Translations under genes and position numbers: made by a program
Assembly (NCBI GenBank): GCA_033813515.1
Contig: JAPXRQ010000003.1
Location: forward strand, 1 to 44,382
Length of the DNA stretch: 44,382 nt
Source of the DNA: Thermomicrobiales bacterium
GTDB lineage: Bacteria; Chloroflexota; Chloroflexia; Thermomicrobiales; UBA6265
Reading direction: 5' to 3'
In this document: positions 7,521 through 14,866 of the stretch, in pieces
Layout of the letters: the number at the start of each line of letters is the position of its first letter
How positions within the stretch are numbered: the stretch's first letter is position 1
Notes under the pieces: model-generated
What the model saw: only the letters and a program-made list of their open reading frames with translations
What the model was told of the DNA's origin: nothing
Databases searched by the model: none

Positions 7521-8303
7521 CTAAACCCCGGAACCGGTGTTGGGCAGCTGGTTGACTGGGGCCGTGGTCGAGACAGGCGATGGCGGTATCTCGGGCGAGC
7601 CAGGTTCGGTGGGGACCGGGGTCGTCGTTCCGCCGGCAACACAGACGTTGCCCTGGCAGGTCAGCCCGTCCCCACATCGCGCATCCGGTTCGGTATCGGC
7701 CGAGCAGCAATCATCCTGGCTGCAGCGTCCGTCGCAGCAGATACCGGCCGCGCATTGGCTATCAACCGTGCAAACAAAATTGGCCGGATAGCAATACCCG
7801 TCAACGCAGACCTGGTCAAGCGAGCATTCATAAAAGAACTGGGAACTGCACGCGTAGGCCATACAGATGCCACCCCGACACTCCCCACCACAACATTGCT
7901 CGCCATTGGTGCACGGCATCCCAAACGAACCGCACTGGATGCAGATCATGCCCTTCTCGGTCTCGGCACACGTGCCCGAGCAGCAATCGCCCATTGCGTC
8001 GCACCCCTCGCGTTCGGAGATGCACCTGACGCAAACGCCATACCAGCACGATCCACTGCAACAATCATCCGAGAACCCGCACGTTTCGCCATCCGCCTGG
8101 CAGGTTGCACACGTCCCCTGCGTGCAGATGCCAAGGCAGCAATCGCTATCGGTGGTGCAGGTGTCCGGGTCTTCGCATTGCGCGGTCGCCCTGCGCCGTC
8201 CAGCGATTCCACCGGCGATGGCGGCCAATCCGCTCAGCAGGGTGCGGCGGGAGGCTCCGTGCGCAAATGTTCTCGAGACCTGGTCGAATCGTTGCGGGTC
8301 CAT
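7521..8303 (-). CDS. Secreted cysteine-rich repeat protein with twin-arginine-type leader and C-terminal LPNTG motif (sorting tail cut off by TAG)
   Basis: ATG at 8303 is preceded by GAGGTG. The leader is MDPQRFDQVSRTFAHGASRRTLLSGLAAIAGG. At least 4 tandem C-x5-6-C-x5-CC-x3-C-x4-8-C modules are present. The ORF ends ...APVNQLPNTGSGV then TAG. Confidence 0.75.
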   Translation of the reverse strand: MDPQRFDQVSRTFAHGASRRTLLSGLAAIAGGIAGRRRATAQCEDPDTCTTDSDCCLGICTQGTCATCQADGETCGFSDDCCSGSCWYGVCVRCISEREGCDAMGDCCSGTCAETEKGMICIQCGSFGMPCTNGEQCCGGECRGGICMAYACSSQFFYECSLDQVCVDGYCYPANFVCTVDSQCAAGICCDGRCSQDDCCSADTEPDARCGDGLTCQGNVCVAGGTTTPVPTEPGSPEIPPSPVSTTAPVNQLPNTGSGV

Positions 8304-8417
8304 GGGGCACCTCGTTGTGCAGCGGGAAGGGACCATTTGCGGGCACAGGCGTGAATCACCCGAAAACCCATGTCAGAAGTAGGCGCGCTCACGTATCGGT
8401 CACTATGCGACCAGATA

Positions 8418-8446
8418 TTGACGCGATCCTGTGAACTCGATACTAT
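8418..8446 (+). promoter_or_regulatory. Candidate promoter TTGACG-N17-TACTAT upstream of the HYR gene array
   Basis: Read directly. The same ATTGAC(G/T)-N17-TAnnAT architecture recurs at 10409, 11547 and 31352-31380 (minus strand). Confidence 0.45.
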
Positions 8447-8514
8447 CAGGTAATTCGACTAGCTAAACTGTACGAACGCTTTGTCGCACCCGGTACTGCG
8501 GAAGGGTCAACCTC

Positions 8515-9405
8515 GTGGATGATCAGCGCTTTGATCGATTTGCGCGTCTGTTCGGTCGGCGACACTCTCGCCGTAAAGCCATCGCTATCGCATTGGGGGC
8601 AACCGCCGGCATCGTCGGTGTTCAACGCGAGCGGGCTGAAGCCGGCACACCCTGTGTGCTGACTTGTCCGCCCAACGTCATCACGGATTCGCAGCCTGGC
8701 CTGTGCAGTGCGGTCGTCAACTACACCGCCCCCGCACCGATCGGCACCTGCGGGATCGTCATCTGCGATCCGCCTGCCGGATCGGTATTCAATAGCGGTG
8801 TCCCGGGCGAGACGCTGGTGACCTGCATTGCCGGCAGCGCGACTTGCTCGTTCCTTGTCACGGTCACCGACGCCGAACTGCCAATCATCACCTGCCCGGC
8901 CAATATCGAACTCGAATCGGCCGATCCGATCGCGGTCGATTACACGCCGACCGCCAGCGACAACTGCCCAGGTGTGACGACGTTCTGTAATCCGCCAAGC
9001 GGATCTGAATTTGGCCCAGGCATGACCGAAGTCGTCTGTTCCGCGCTCGAGAATGCACCGGATCAAAGCACAGTCACTTGCTCATTCAACGTCACGATCA
9101 CTGCACCTACACCAACCCCGACCGAGCCGCCCCAGGCCGGACCGACGTCCGTCCCGACCGATGTCCCCTCGACCGAAGTGCCAGCCACCGAGGTTCCCAC
9201 GGCGGTCGATCCAACCGCCATTCCAGGCGATCCAACCGCCACCACTGCCCCTGTCAGCGAGTTGCCCAACACCGGCGCCGGAGCAGGAGACCGTGGCTCG
9301 GGCATGCTGCTGCCACTGGCGATTGCCGGTGCGGGCGCGGCGGCAGTGGCACGGTTGGGCATGCGAGGCAAGGAAGCATCTGCGTCACCGGATATGAACG
9401 AGTAG
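8515..9405 (+). CDS. HYR-domain surface protein with twin-arginine-type leader and LPNTG sorting signal (paralog 1)
   Basis: GTG start. Leader MDDQRFDRFARLFGRRHSRRKAI. HYR-like block ITCPANIELESADPIAVDYTPTASDNCPGVTTFCNPPSGSEFGPGMTEVVCSA...CSFNVTI. Pro/Thr stalk, then ELPNTGAG followed by a hydrophobic stretch and RLGMRGK. Confidence 0.8.
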   Translation: MDDQRFDRFARLFGRRHSRRKAIAIALGATAGIVGVQRERAEAGTPCVLTCPPNVITDSQPGLCSAVVNYTAPAPIGTCGIVICDPPAGSVFNSGVPGETLVTCIAGSATCSFLVTVTDAELPIITCPANIELESADPIAVDYTPTASDNCPGVTTFCNPPSGSEFGPGMTEVVCSALENAPDQSTVTCSFNVTITAPTPTPTEPPQAGPTSVPTDVPSTEVPATEVPTAVDPTAIPGDPTATTAPVSELPNTGAGAGDRGSGMLLPLAIAGAGAAAVARLGMRGKEASASPDMNE

Positions 9406-9454
9406 GCATTGGTGCAATTGGCCGGATGATTTCTGGCCGGGGAGGTTTGGGACG

Positions 9455-10372
9455 GTGGAATCGCAGCGCATGGACAATCTGGCCAGGGCACTTGGCGGCC
9501 GCAGGAATCGGCGGCAGGCCCTGGCAATCATCGGCGGCGCGGCGGTGGCGTCTGTGCCGCTTGCACGCGCAGATGCCAACACGGTGACTTGCGCCATCAC
9601 CTGCCCGGCAACTGGTTTCGGGTATGCCTCTGGTGGCACCTGCACCTCGGCACTCAACTTCGTCAATCCCGCCGATAACGGGTTCTGCGGCCAGGCGCCT
9701 ACCATTACCTGTGTCCCCAGTGCGACCGATCAGCTTGCGATTGGCGATGGCTCGGTCACCTGCACCGTTGACCAGTTCCCGGCATCCCAATGCTCGTTCA
9801 CCTATTTCGTCTATGACATCAGCGATTACACCCTGACCTGTCCGGCCGACATCAGCATCACCGCCAATGTGCCGACAGCCGTTGGCTACGGCGATCCAAT
9901 CCTCGGGCAGGAGTGCGGCACCGTGATTGGACCGTACTTCTCCTGCGATGTGCCAAGCGGCGAAATATTCCAGTTGGGAACAACCCCGGTCAATTGCTCC
10001 GGCATGCTGCCGGGCGGCAAGGGTCAGCAGATTCCAACCTGTTCCTTCAATGTCACCCTGACCCCGGAGCCAGCCACGGCCACCCCGACCGAGCCGCCCC
10101 AGGCCGGACCGACCTCCGTCCCGACCGAGGTTCCCGCAACCGAAGTGCCGGCGACTGAGGTGCCCACGGCTGTCGATCCCACCTCGATCCCGGCTGATCC
10201 AACTGCCACCACCGCGCCCGTTACCCAGCTGCCGAATACCGGAGCCGGTTCGAACGGATCTGGTGCGGCCAGCAAGCTGATCCCGGTGGCCGCCTTTGGT
10301 GCCGGCGCGGCCCTTCTGGCCAGATTGGGGCTGCGTAACCGCACACCATCAGCAGAAACGGGCGACGACTAA
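9455..10372 (+). CDS. HYR-domain LPNTG surface protein (paralog 2)
   Basis: GTG start after GGGGAGG. Leader MESQRMDNLARALGGRRNRRQAL. LTCPADISITANVPTAVGYGDP...CSFNVTL, then QLPNTGAGSNGSGAASKLIPVAAFGAGAALLARLGLRN. Confidence 0.8.
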   Translation: MESQRMDNLARALGGRRNRRQALAIIGGAAVASVPLARADANTVTCAITCPATGFGYASGGTCTSALNFVNPADNGFCGQAPTITCVPSATDQLAIGDGSVTCTVDQFPASQCSFTYFVYDISDYTLTCPADISITANVPTAVGYGDPILGQECGTVIGPYFSCDVPSGEIFQLGTTPVNCSGMLPGGKGQQIPTCSFNVTLTPEPATATPTEPPQAGPTSVPTEVPATEVPATEVPTAVDPTSIPADPTATTAPVTQLPNTGAGSNGSGAASKLIPVAAFGAGAALLARLGLRNRTPSAETGDD

Positions 10373-10408
10373 CCTGCACCGACCCTGGAGCTTCGTCGAA
10401 CCGGGTAA

Positions 10409-10437
10409 TTGACGGTATAGGTCAAACGGCCTAGGAT
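10409..10437 (+). promoter_or_regulatory. Candidate promoter TTGACG-N17-TAGGAT
   Basis: Read directly, upstream of paralog 3. Confidence 0.4.
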
Positions 10438-10526
10438 GGCGTAAGTACCTCGCCCCCCCGATTTTGCATACCGTCGCGCCGGGTTTGTGCTGCCAGTCTT
10501 TTGGTACGGCAGGGAAGGAAGCCAAT

Positions 10527-11462
10527 TTGGATTCGCAACGACTGGACAACCTCGCCCGATCCCTCGGCGCCCGCAAGAATCGGCGGCAAACGCTGGCCAT
10601 GCTCGGGGGAGCGGCGGCGGCGGCCATTCCCATCACCCGGGCCAGCGCAGGGGGCCAACCCGCCTGCTCCATGATCTGCCCGACCTACTCCTACGGTTAT
10701 GCCTATGGAGATACCTGCACTGCCAACCTGGACTTCGTTTACCCGGTCGCGATTGGCGATTGCCTGGCGCCGGAGGTCGTCTGCATCCCGGACATCACCA
10801 CCGATCTCGGGATTGGAAACGGGACTGTGAACTGCTCGGTGACAAGTAATCCGTATGTGAACTGCCAGTTCGGATACTCGGTCTATGACCTCAGCGATCT
10901 CGTCCTCACCTGTCCGGCCGATATCAGCATCATCGCGAACGAGCCAACTTCGGTGCCTTTCGGCGATCCCGTTCTGGCCACCGAATGCGGATACAACTAC
11001 GGAAGTAATGCAAACTGCGATGCCACCAGCGGCGATGTGTTCAATCTTGGGACGACGCTGGTTACCTGCACCGCCATTTTGCCCAGCGGCAAGGGTCAGC
11101 AGATTCCAACCTGTTCGTTCAACATCACCCTGACTCCGGAGCCAGCCACGGCCACCCCGACCGAGCCAGCCACGGCCACCCCGACCGAGCCGCCCCAGGC
11201 CGGACCGACATCCGTCCCGACCGAGGTTCCCGCAACCGAAGTTCCGGCGACTGAGGTGCCGACGGCGGTCGATCCGACCTCGATTCCGGCTGATCCAACT
11301 GCCACCACCGCGCCCGTTACCCAGCTGCCGAATACCGGAGCGGGTTCGAACGGATCTGGTGCGGCCAACAAGCTGATCCCGGTGGCGGCCGTTGGCGCCG
11401 GTGCGGCTCTCCTCGCCCGCCTCGGCCTTCGCAAACAGGCAGACACAGAACCAGTCGAGTAA
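10527..11462 (+). CDS. HYR-domain LPNTG surface protein (paralog 3)
   Basis: TTG start at 10527, 7 nt after GGGAAGGAAG, gives the conserved leader LDSQRLDNLARSLGARKNRRQTL. The track ORF starts earlier, at 10464. Same HYR, stalk and LPNTG layout, with an extra PEPATATPTE duplication. Confidence 0.8.
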   Translation: MDSQRLDNLARSLGARKNRRQTLAMLGGAAAAAIPITRASAGGQPACSMICPTYSYGYAYGDTCTANLDFVYPVAIGDCLAPEVVCIPDITTDLGIGNGTVNCSVTSNPYVNCQFGYSVYDLSDLVLTCPADISIIANEPTSVPFGDPVLATECGYNYGSNANCDATSGDVFNLGTTLVTCTAILPSGKGQQIPTCSFNITLTPEPATATPTEPATATPTEPPQAGPTSVPTEVPATEVPATEVPTAVDPTSIPADPTATTAPVTQLPNTGAGSNGSGAANKLIPVAAVGAGAALLARLGLRKQADTEPVE

Positions 11463-11487
11463 CACGAACCAGACAGACTCGAAGCAC

Positions 11488-11534
11488 CGGTGGGTGATGG
11501 AATGAGCAATCGTTCCCGCACCCACCGTTTTTTT
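11488..11534 (+). terminator. Rho-independent terminator after paralog 3
   Basis: Arms cggtgggtg / cacccaccg with a 22-nt loop, followed by seven T. Confidence 0.7.
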
Positions 11535-11546
11535 CACGCGGAGTTA

Positions 11547-11575
11547 TTGACGCTCTGTAACAACCCCAGTACGAT
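11547..11575 (+). promoter_or_regulatory. Candidate promoter TTGACG-N17-TACGAT
   Basis: Read directly, upstream of paralog 4. Confidence 0.4.
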
Positions 11576-11668
11576 TTCGAACGGTTCTCGATCTCCCGAT
11601 CAATGGTGATGGTCCGCTCCGCGGCGGATCGAGTTGTGTGTGTTTGCCGGATAGGGCAATGGAAGGCG

Positions 11669-12565
11669 ATGGGTTTGGACAATCAGCAATTTGATCGATT
11701 GGCCCGCATGTTGGGCAGACGGCAATCTCGCCGCAATGCGATCACGGTCATCGCCGGCGCAGCTGCTGTTGCCGCTGTTCCTGCCTCGCGCGCTCGTGCC
11801 GGCAATGAGGTCTGCCTTCTTGCCTGCCCAGACACAACCTTCAGCTACGTGTCCGACGGTACGTGCGAGATTGCTGCCGACTACATCCTGCCAACTCCGA
11901 ACGCCTTTTGCGAGACCGATCCCAACATCTTTTGTGACACCGCAGTTGGAGATCCTCTGGGACTCGGTGAGCACCTGATCTCCTGCTACATCCCTGGCCA
12001 GGAATCCTCCGACTGTTCCTTCTACTACTACGTCTATGACAACAATCCCGACTCCCTCATTTGTCCGGAAGACGTCACCATGACGGTCGATGGCCCGACG
12101 GCAGTTACCTGGGATTCCCCATGGTGGGGCACGGCCTGCACAACCTGGCTTGATACCTGGATCTGCGATCACAACAGTGGCGATGTCTTCCCGATTGGCA
12201 CCACGACAGTTACCTGCACCCCGGATTTCCAGCCATCGGGGAAGGGTCCGGACAACTGCGTGTTCAACATCACGCTCAATCAAACCGTTCCGACTGCCAC
12301 AGCGACCGAGCCGCCCCAGGCCGGACCAACTTCCGTCCCGACCGAGGTTCCCGCAACTGAAGTGCCGACAGCGGTCGATCCGACCTCCATCCCGGCTGAT
12401 CCAACTGCCACCACCGCTCCCGTCACCCAGCTGCCCAACACCGGTGCTGGCTCGAACGGATCCGGTGCGGCCAGCAAGCTGATCCCGGTCGCCGCTGTCG
12501 GCGCCGGTGCAGCCCTCCTCGCCCGCCTCGGCCTCCGCAAGAGCACTGCAGACGCCGCCGAGTAG
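11669..12565 (+). CDS. HYR-domain LPNTG surface protein (paralog 4)
   Basis: ATG at 11669 after GGAAGG gives MGLDNQQFDRLARMLGRRQSRRNAI. LICPEDVTMTVDGPTAVTWDSP...CVFNITL, then QLPNTGAGSNGSGAASKLIPVAAVGAGAALLARLGLRK. Confidence 0.8.
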   Translation: MGLDNQQFDRLARMLGRRQSRRNAITVIAGAAAVAAVPASRARAGNEVCLLACPDTTFSYVSDGTCEIAADYILPTPNAFCETDPNIFCDTAVGDPLGLGEHLISCYIPGQESSDCSFYYYVYDNNPDSLICPEDVTMTVDGPTAVTWDSPWWGTACTTWLDTWICDHNSGDVFPIGTTTVTCTPDFQPSGKGPDNCVFNITLNQTVPTATATEPPQAGPTSVPTEVPATEVPTAVDPTSIPADPTATTAPVTQLPNTGAGSNGSGAASKLIPVAAVGAGAALLARLGLRKSTADAAE

Positions 12566-12584
12566 CACCTCCCCCTGATCACAA

Positions 12585-12619
12585 GCGCCCCGTCCGGATC
12601 TCCGAACGGGGCGTTTTTT
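12585..12619 (+). terminator. Rho-independent terminator after the HYR array
   Basis: Arms gcgccccgtccgga / tccgaacggggcg form the hairpin, followed by tttttt. Confidence 0.8.
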
Positions 12620-12620
12620 C

Positions 12621-12637
12621 TGGCCGTTGGCCGTTGG
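12621..12637. repeat. Period-7 tandem array (TGGCCGT x2.4)
   Basis: Read directly, immediately after the terminator T-tract. A second short array, AGGAACT x2, lies at 12709..12722 next to the stop of the gene ending at 12736. Confidence 0.7.
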
Positions 12638-12735
12638 AGGAAAAATCGTAGTTGTGGACCGAGTCAACCCCCGTCCACTTCCCCAAAATCGCTTAGCGAC
12701 CACCAGCCAGGAACTAGGAACTCAATAACTCGAAC

Positions 12736-13764
12736 CTACCCCTCATCCCTGACCTCATCCGAGTCATACGGGGGGAACCGAAACGCCGCATCGCGATCCA
12801 GCAAGCCGCCAAACCCGATCTCGGCCAGATCGTCCAGCGCGACCTGCTCATCCGCCATCACCCAGGGCAACACCAGATCGGCCACGGTCGAGCGGGAGTA
12901 GAGCGAACACGAGGCCAGGTTGAACACCGGCACCTCGCCCGCGCGCGCAAACCAGAACATGCTGCCCGGATGCGCTGGCGCCCCAAACTTGACCATCTCT
13001 GCCCCGATCCTGGGCAACGCCTTCAACGTCGGATCGAGTGGATCGAGCGAGTTACCGCCACCGGTCAGGATCACATCGGCCCCATTGGTAATCGCATCCA
13101 GCATCGCCCCGGCCACCACATCGGGGTCATCCGGCAGATCGACAAAACCGGAGACGACACTGCCGTACCAACCGATCTTCTTCTCCACCGCCGTCCGAAA
13201 ACGATCGCGCACGGCCTCATCGAGTCCTTCGGTGCTGATCACCGCCACCCGTTTTGGGGCAAATGGCTTGATCTGCACGACCGCGCGATCGGCCGCTATC
13301 GCCAGCGCCTCATCCAGCACCGCCTGCGGCACAGCGACTGGAGCAATCTTCGCCCCGGCGACATTCTTGCCCGGCACGACTGCGATGCCATCGACCAATG
13401 TGAAAACCGATATCCCGGGCAGTCGATTGAGCGCGACGACGGCATCGCGATCGACCCGCAACAGTCCCTTGCCCGCCGCCATGAGATTGACCCGGCTCTG
13501 AATCGGTCTGCGCGTTTCGATTCCCGGTCCGGCAATCGCCTGGGCCAGGGCCATTCCGGCATCGTCTTCATGCACATCGCCGGGATCGAGCCGGACCAGA
13601 TGTACGCGATGCTCGAGCCGTTCGATATCGGCCAGATCGGCGGTGGCAATGCGATGCCCCTTGCGGAAGCGGCGTTTGCCATCGACCCGGCCCTCGGTAA
13701 TGAAGACCGCTCCGAGCGCTGATTGTGGATCGTCAGAAGCCGGATCAAACACAAACCCATTCAT
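12736..13764 (-). CDS. Molybdopterin-binding (MoCF_BD/MoeA-CinA-like) domain protein
   Basis: 342 aa. The C-terminal half RVAVISTEGLDE...DDPDVVAGAMLDAITNGADVILTGGGNSLDPLD resembles the MoCF biosynthesis binding domain. Confidence 0.6.
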   Translation of the reverse strand: MNGFVFDPASDDPQSALGAVFITEGRVDGKRRFRKGHRIATADLADIERLEHRVHLVRLDPGDVHEDDAGMALAQAIAGPGIETRRPIQSRVNLMAAGKGLLRVDRDAVVALNRLPGISVFTLVDGIAVVPGKNVAGAKIAPVAVPQAVLDEALAIAADRAVVQIKPFAPKRVAVISTEGLDEAVRDRFRTAVEKKIGWYGSVVSGFVDLPDDPDVVAGAMLDAITNGADVILTGGGNSLDPLDPTLKALPRIGAEMVKFGAPAHPGSMFWFARAGEVPVFNLASCSLYSRSTVADLVLPWVMADEQVALDDLAEIGFGGLLDRDAAFRFPPYDSDEVRDEG

Positions 13765-13835
13765 ACACGGTAGGGTACGCCGTAGGGGAGGGGCTTGTCT
13801 CCTCCCGATGGGCTCAGCAAGGCGGTGGACAGAGC

Positions 13836-14600
13836 ATGTCGATTTCGCGAACAGCGTTAGTAACCGGAGCAGGGAGCGGCATAGGGGCGGCGATTGCGCA
13901 GGGTCTGGCTGCGGATGGGCATCGGGTGATCGTCACCGATCTCGACCTGACAGCGGCCGAACAAACTGTCACGGAGATTGCAGCCGACGGGGGCATGGCA
14001 ACGGCCGAGGTGCTCGATGTCGCTGATCCAGGCATGGTGCGGCTGGAGATCGAACGAGTCGGTCCGCTGGCGGTGCTGGTCAACAATGCGGGCCTGCAAC
14101 ATGTCGCCCCGCTGGACACCTATCCGCTCGAGATGTGGAATCGGCTCATGGCCGTCCTCCTGACCGGGCCATTCCTGACTGCCCAGGCCGCCCTGCCTGG
14201 AATGCGTGCGCAGAAGTGGGGCCGGATCATCAATATCGCGAGTATCAATGGCAAACGCGGCGATCCCGGCAAGGCAGCCTATTGCGCCGCCAAGCACGGT
14301 GTGATCGGTCTGACCCGAACTGCGGCCCTGGAGGCAGCCGCCGACGGCATCACCGTCAATGCGATCTGTCCGGGCTTTGTCGACACCCCGCTCACTCGTG
14401 GTCAGTTGGCCGATCTGGGCGCACTGCACGGGATCCCGCCGGACGAGGTGATCCAGCGCTTCTTCCTGCCCCGCATGCCGACGGGTCGCCCGGTGGAGCG
14501 GGAAGAGGTGGCGGGATTGGTCCGTTATCTCGCCTCGGACGCCGCTGCCAGCATCACCGGCCAGGCGATCAACATAGACGGCGGCACCGTGATGGTCTAG
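13836..14600 (+). CDS. Short-chain dehydrogenase/reductase, 3-hydroxybutyrate dehydrogenase-like
   Basis: ATG at 13836 after GGTGGA. TALVTGAGSGIGAAIA (TGxxxGxG), NNAG, and a catalytic YxxxK in AAYCAAKHGV. The track ORF starts at 13725 with a non-homologous extension. Confidence 0.85.
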   Translation: MSISRTALVTGAGSGIGAAIAQGLAADGHRVIVTDLDLTAAEQTVTEIAADGGMATAEVLDVADPGMVRLEIERVGPLAVLVNNAGLQHVAPLDTYPLEMWNRLMAVLLTGPFLTAQAALPGMRAQKWGRIINIASINGKRGDPGKAAYCAAKHGVIGLTRTAALEAAADGITVNAICPGFVDTPLTRGQLADLGALHGIPPDEVIQRFFLPRMPTGRPVEREEVAGLVRYLASDAAASITGQAINIDGGTVMV

Positions 14601-14614
14601 GAGGCGGTTGGCGG

Positions 14615-14860
14615 TCCGCGCCCGCTTTTTGCGCCGATTCGTAGCGGCGATCGTCAGATCGCCCTTCCTTCCAACTCCGGTCCCGATGGAATGCACACAT
14701 CCCGGCCACCAAACCGACCCGTCCGCATCCCGAACGACGCATCGTAGGGCGGATCCCCCCGTGGTCCGCCGCAGATCTTCGCCAAACCCGCTCGCACGCG
14801 GATACCATCGTCTCCGATCACCCAACCCGGCCGACGGCAACCATTCGGCGGGCACAAGGC
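14615..14860. repeat. Approximately 245-bp noncoding repeat, copy A (directly 3' of double-propeller gene 1)
   Basis: It aligns by eye with 18484..18729 at roughly 80% identity with short indels. Long identical blocks include gcggcgatcgtcagatcgccc and tctccgatcacccaacccggccgacggcaacc. Frames are not conserved between the copies. Confidence 0.8.
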
Positions 14861-14866
14861 CTCACC

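Noticed and set aside
7377-8354. 325-aa plus-strand ORF covering the cysteine-rich gene region.
   Set aside because: It is Arg/Ala-rich with no motifs. The opposite strand encodes a protein with a leader, a regular Cys framework, an LPNTG motif and an RBS-supported ATG.
10431-12703. 368-aa and 367-aa minus-strand ORFs antisense to HYR paralogs 3 and 4.
   Set aside because: They are Gly/Arg-rich shadow frames. The plus-strand genes have conserved leaders, HYR blocks, sorting signals, promoters and terminators.
14654-14857. Small ORFs inside the 245-bp repeat (14654..14857 and 18472..18726) that start with similar peptides (MCPPNGCRRPGWVIGD / MCPSTGCRRPGWVIGD).
   Set aside because: Indels between the two copies shift the frame after about 34 codons, and another frame becomes the similar one. 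Conservation is at the nucleotide level, not the protein level.
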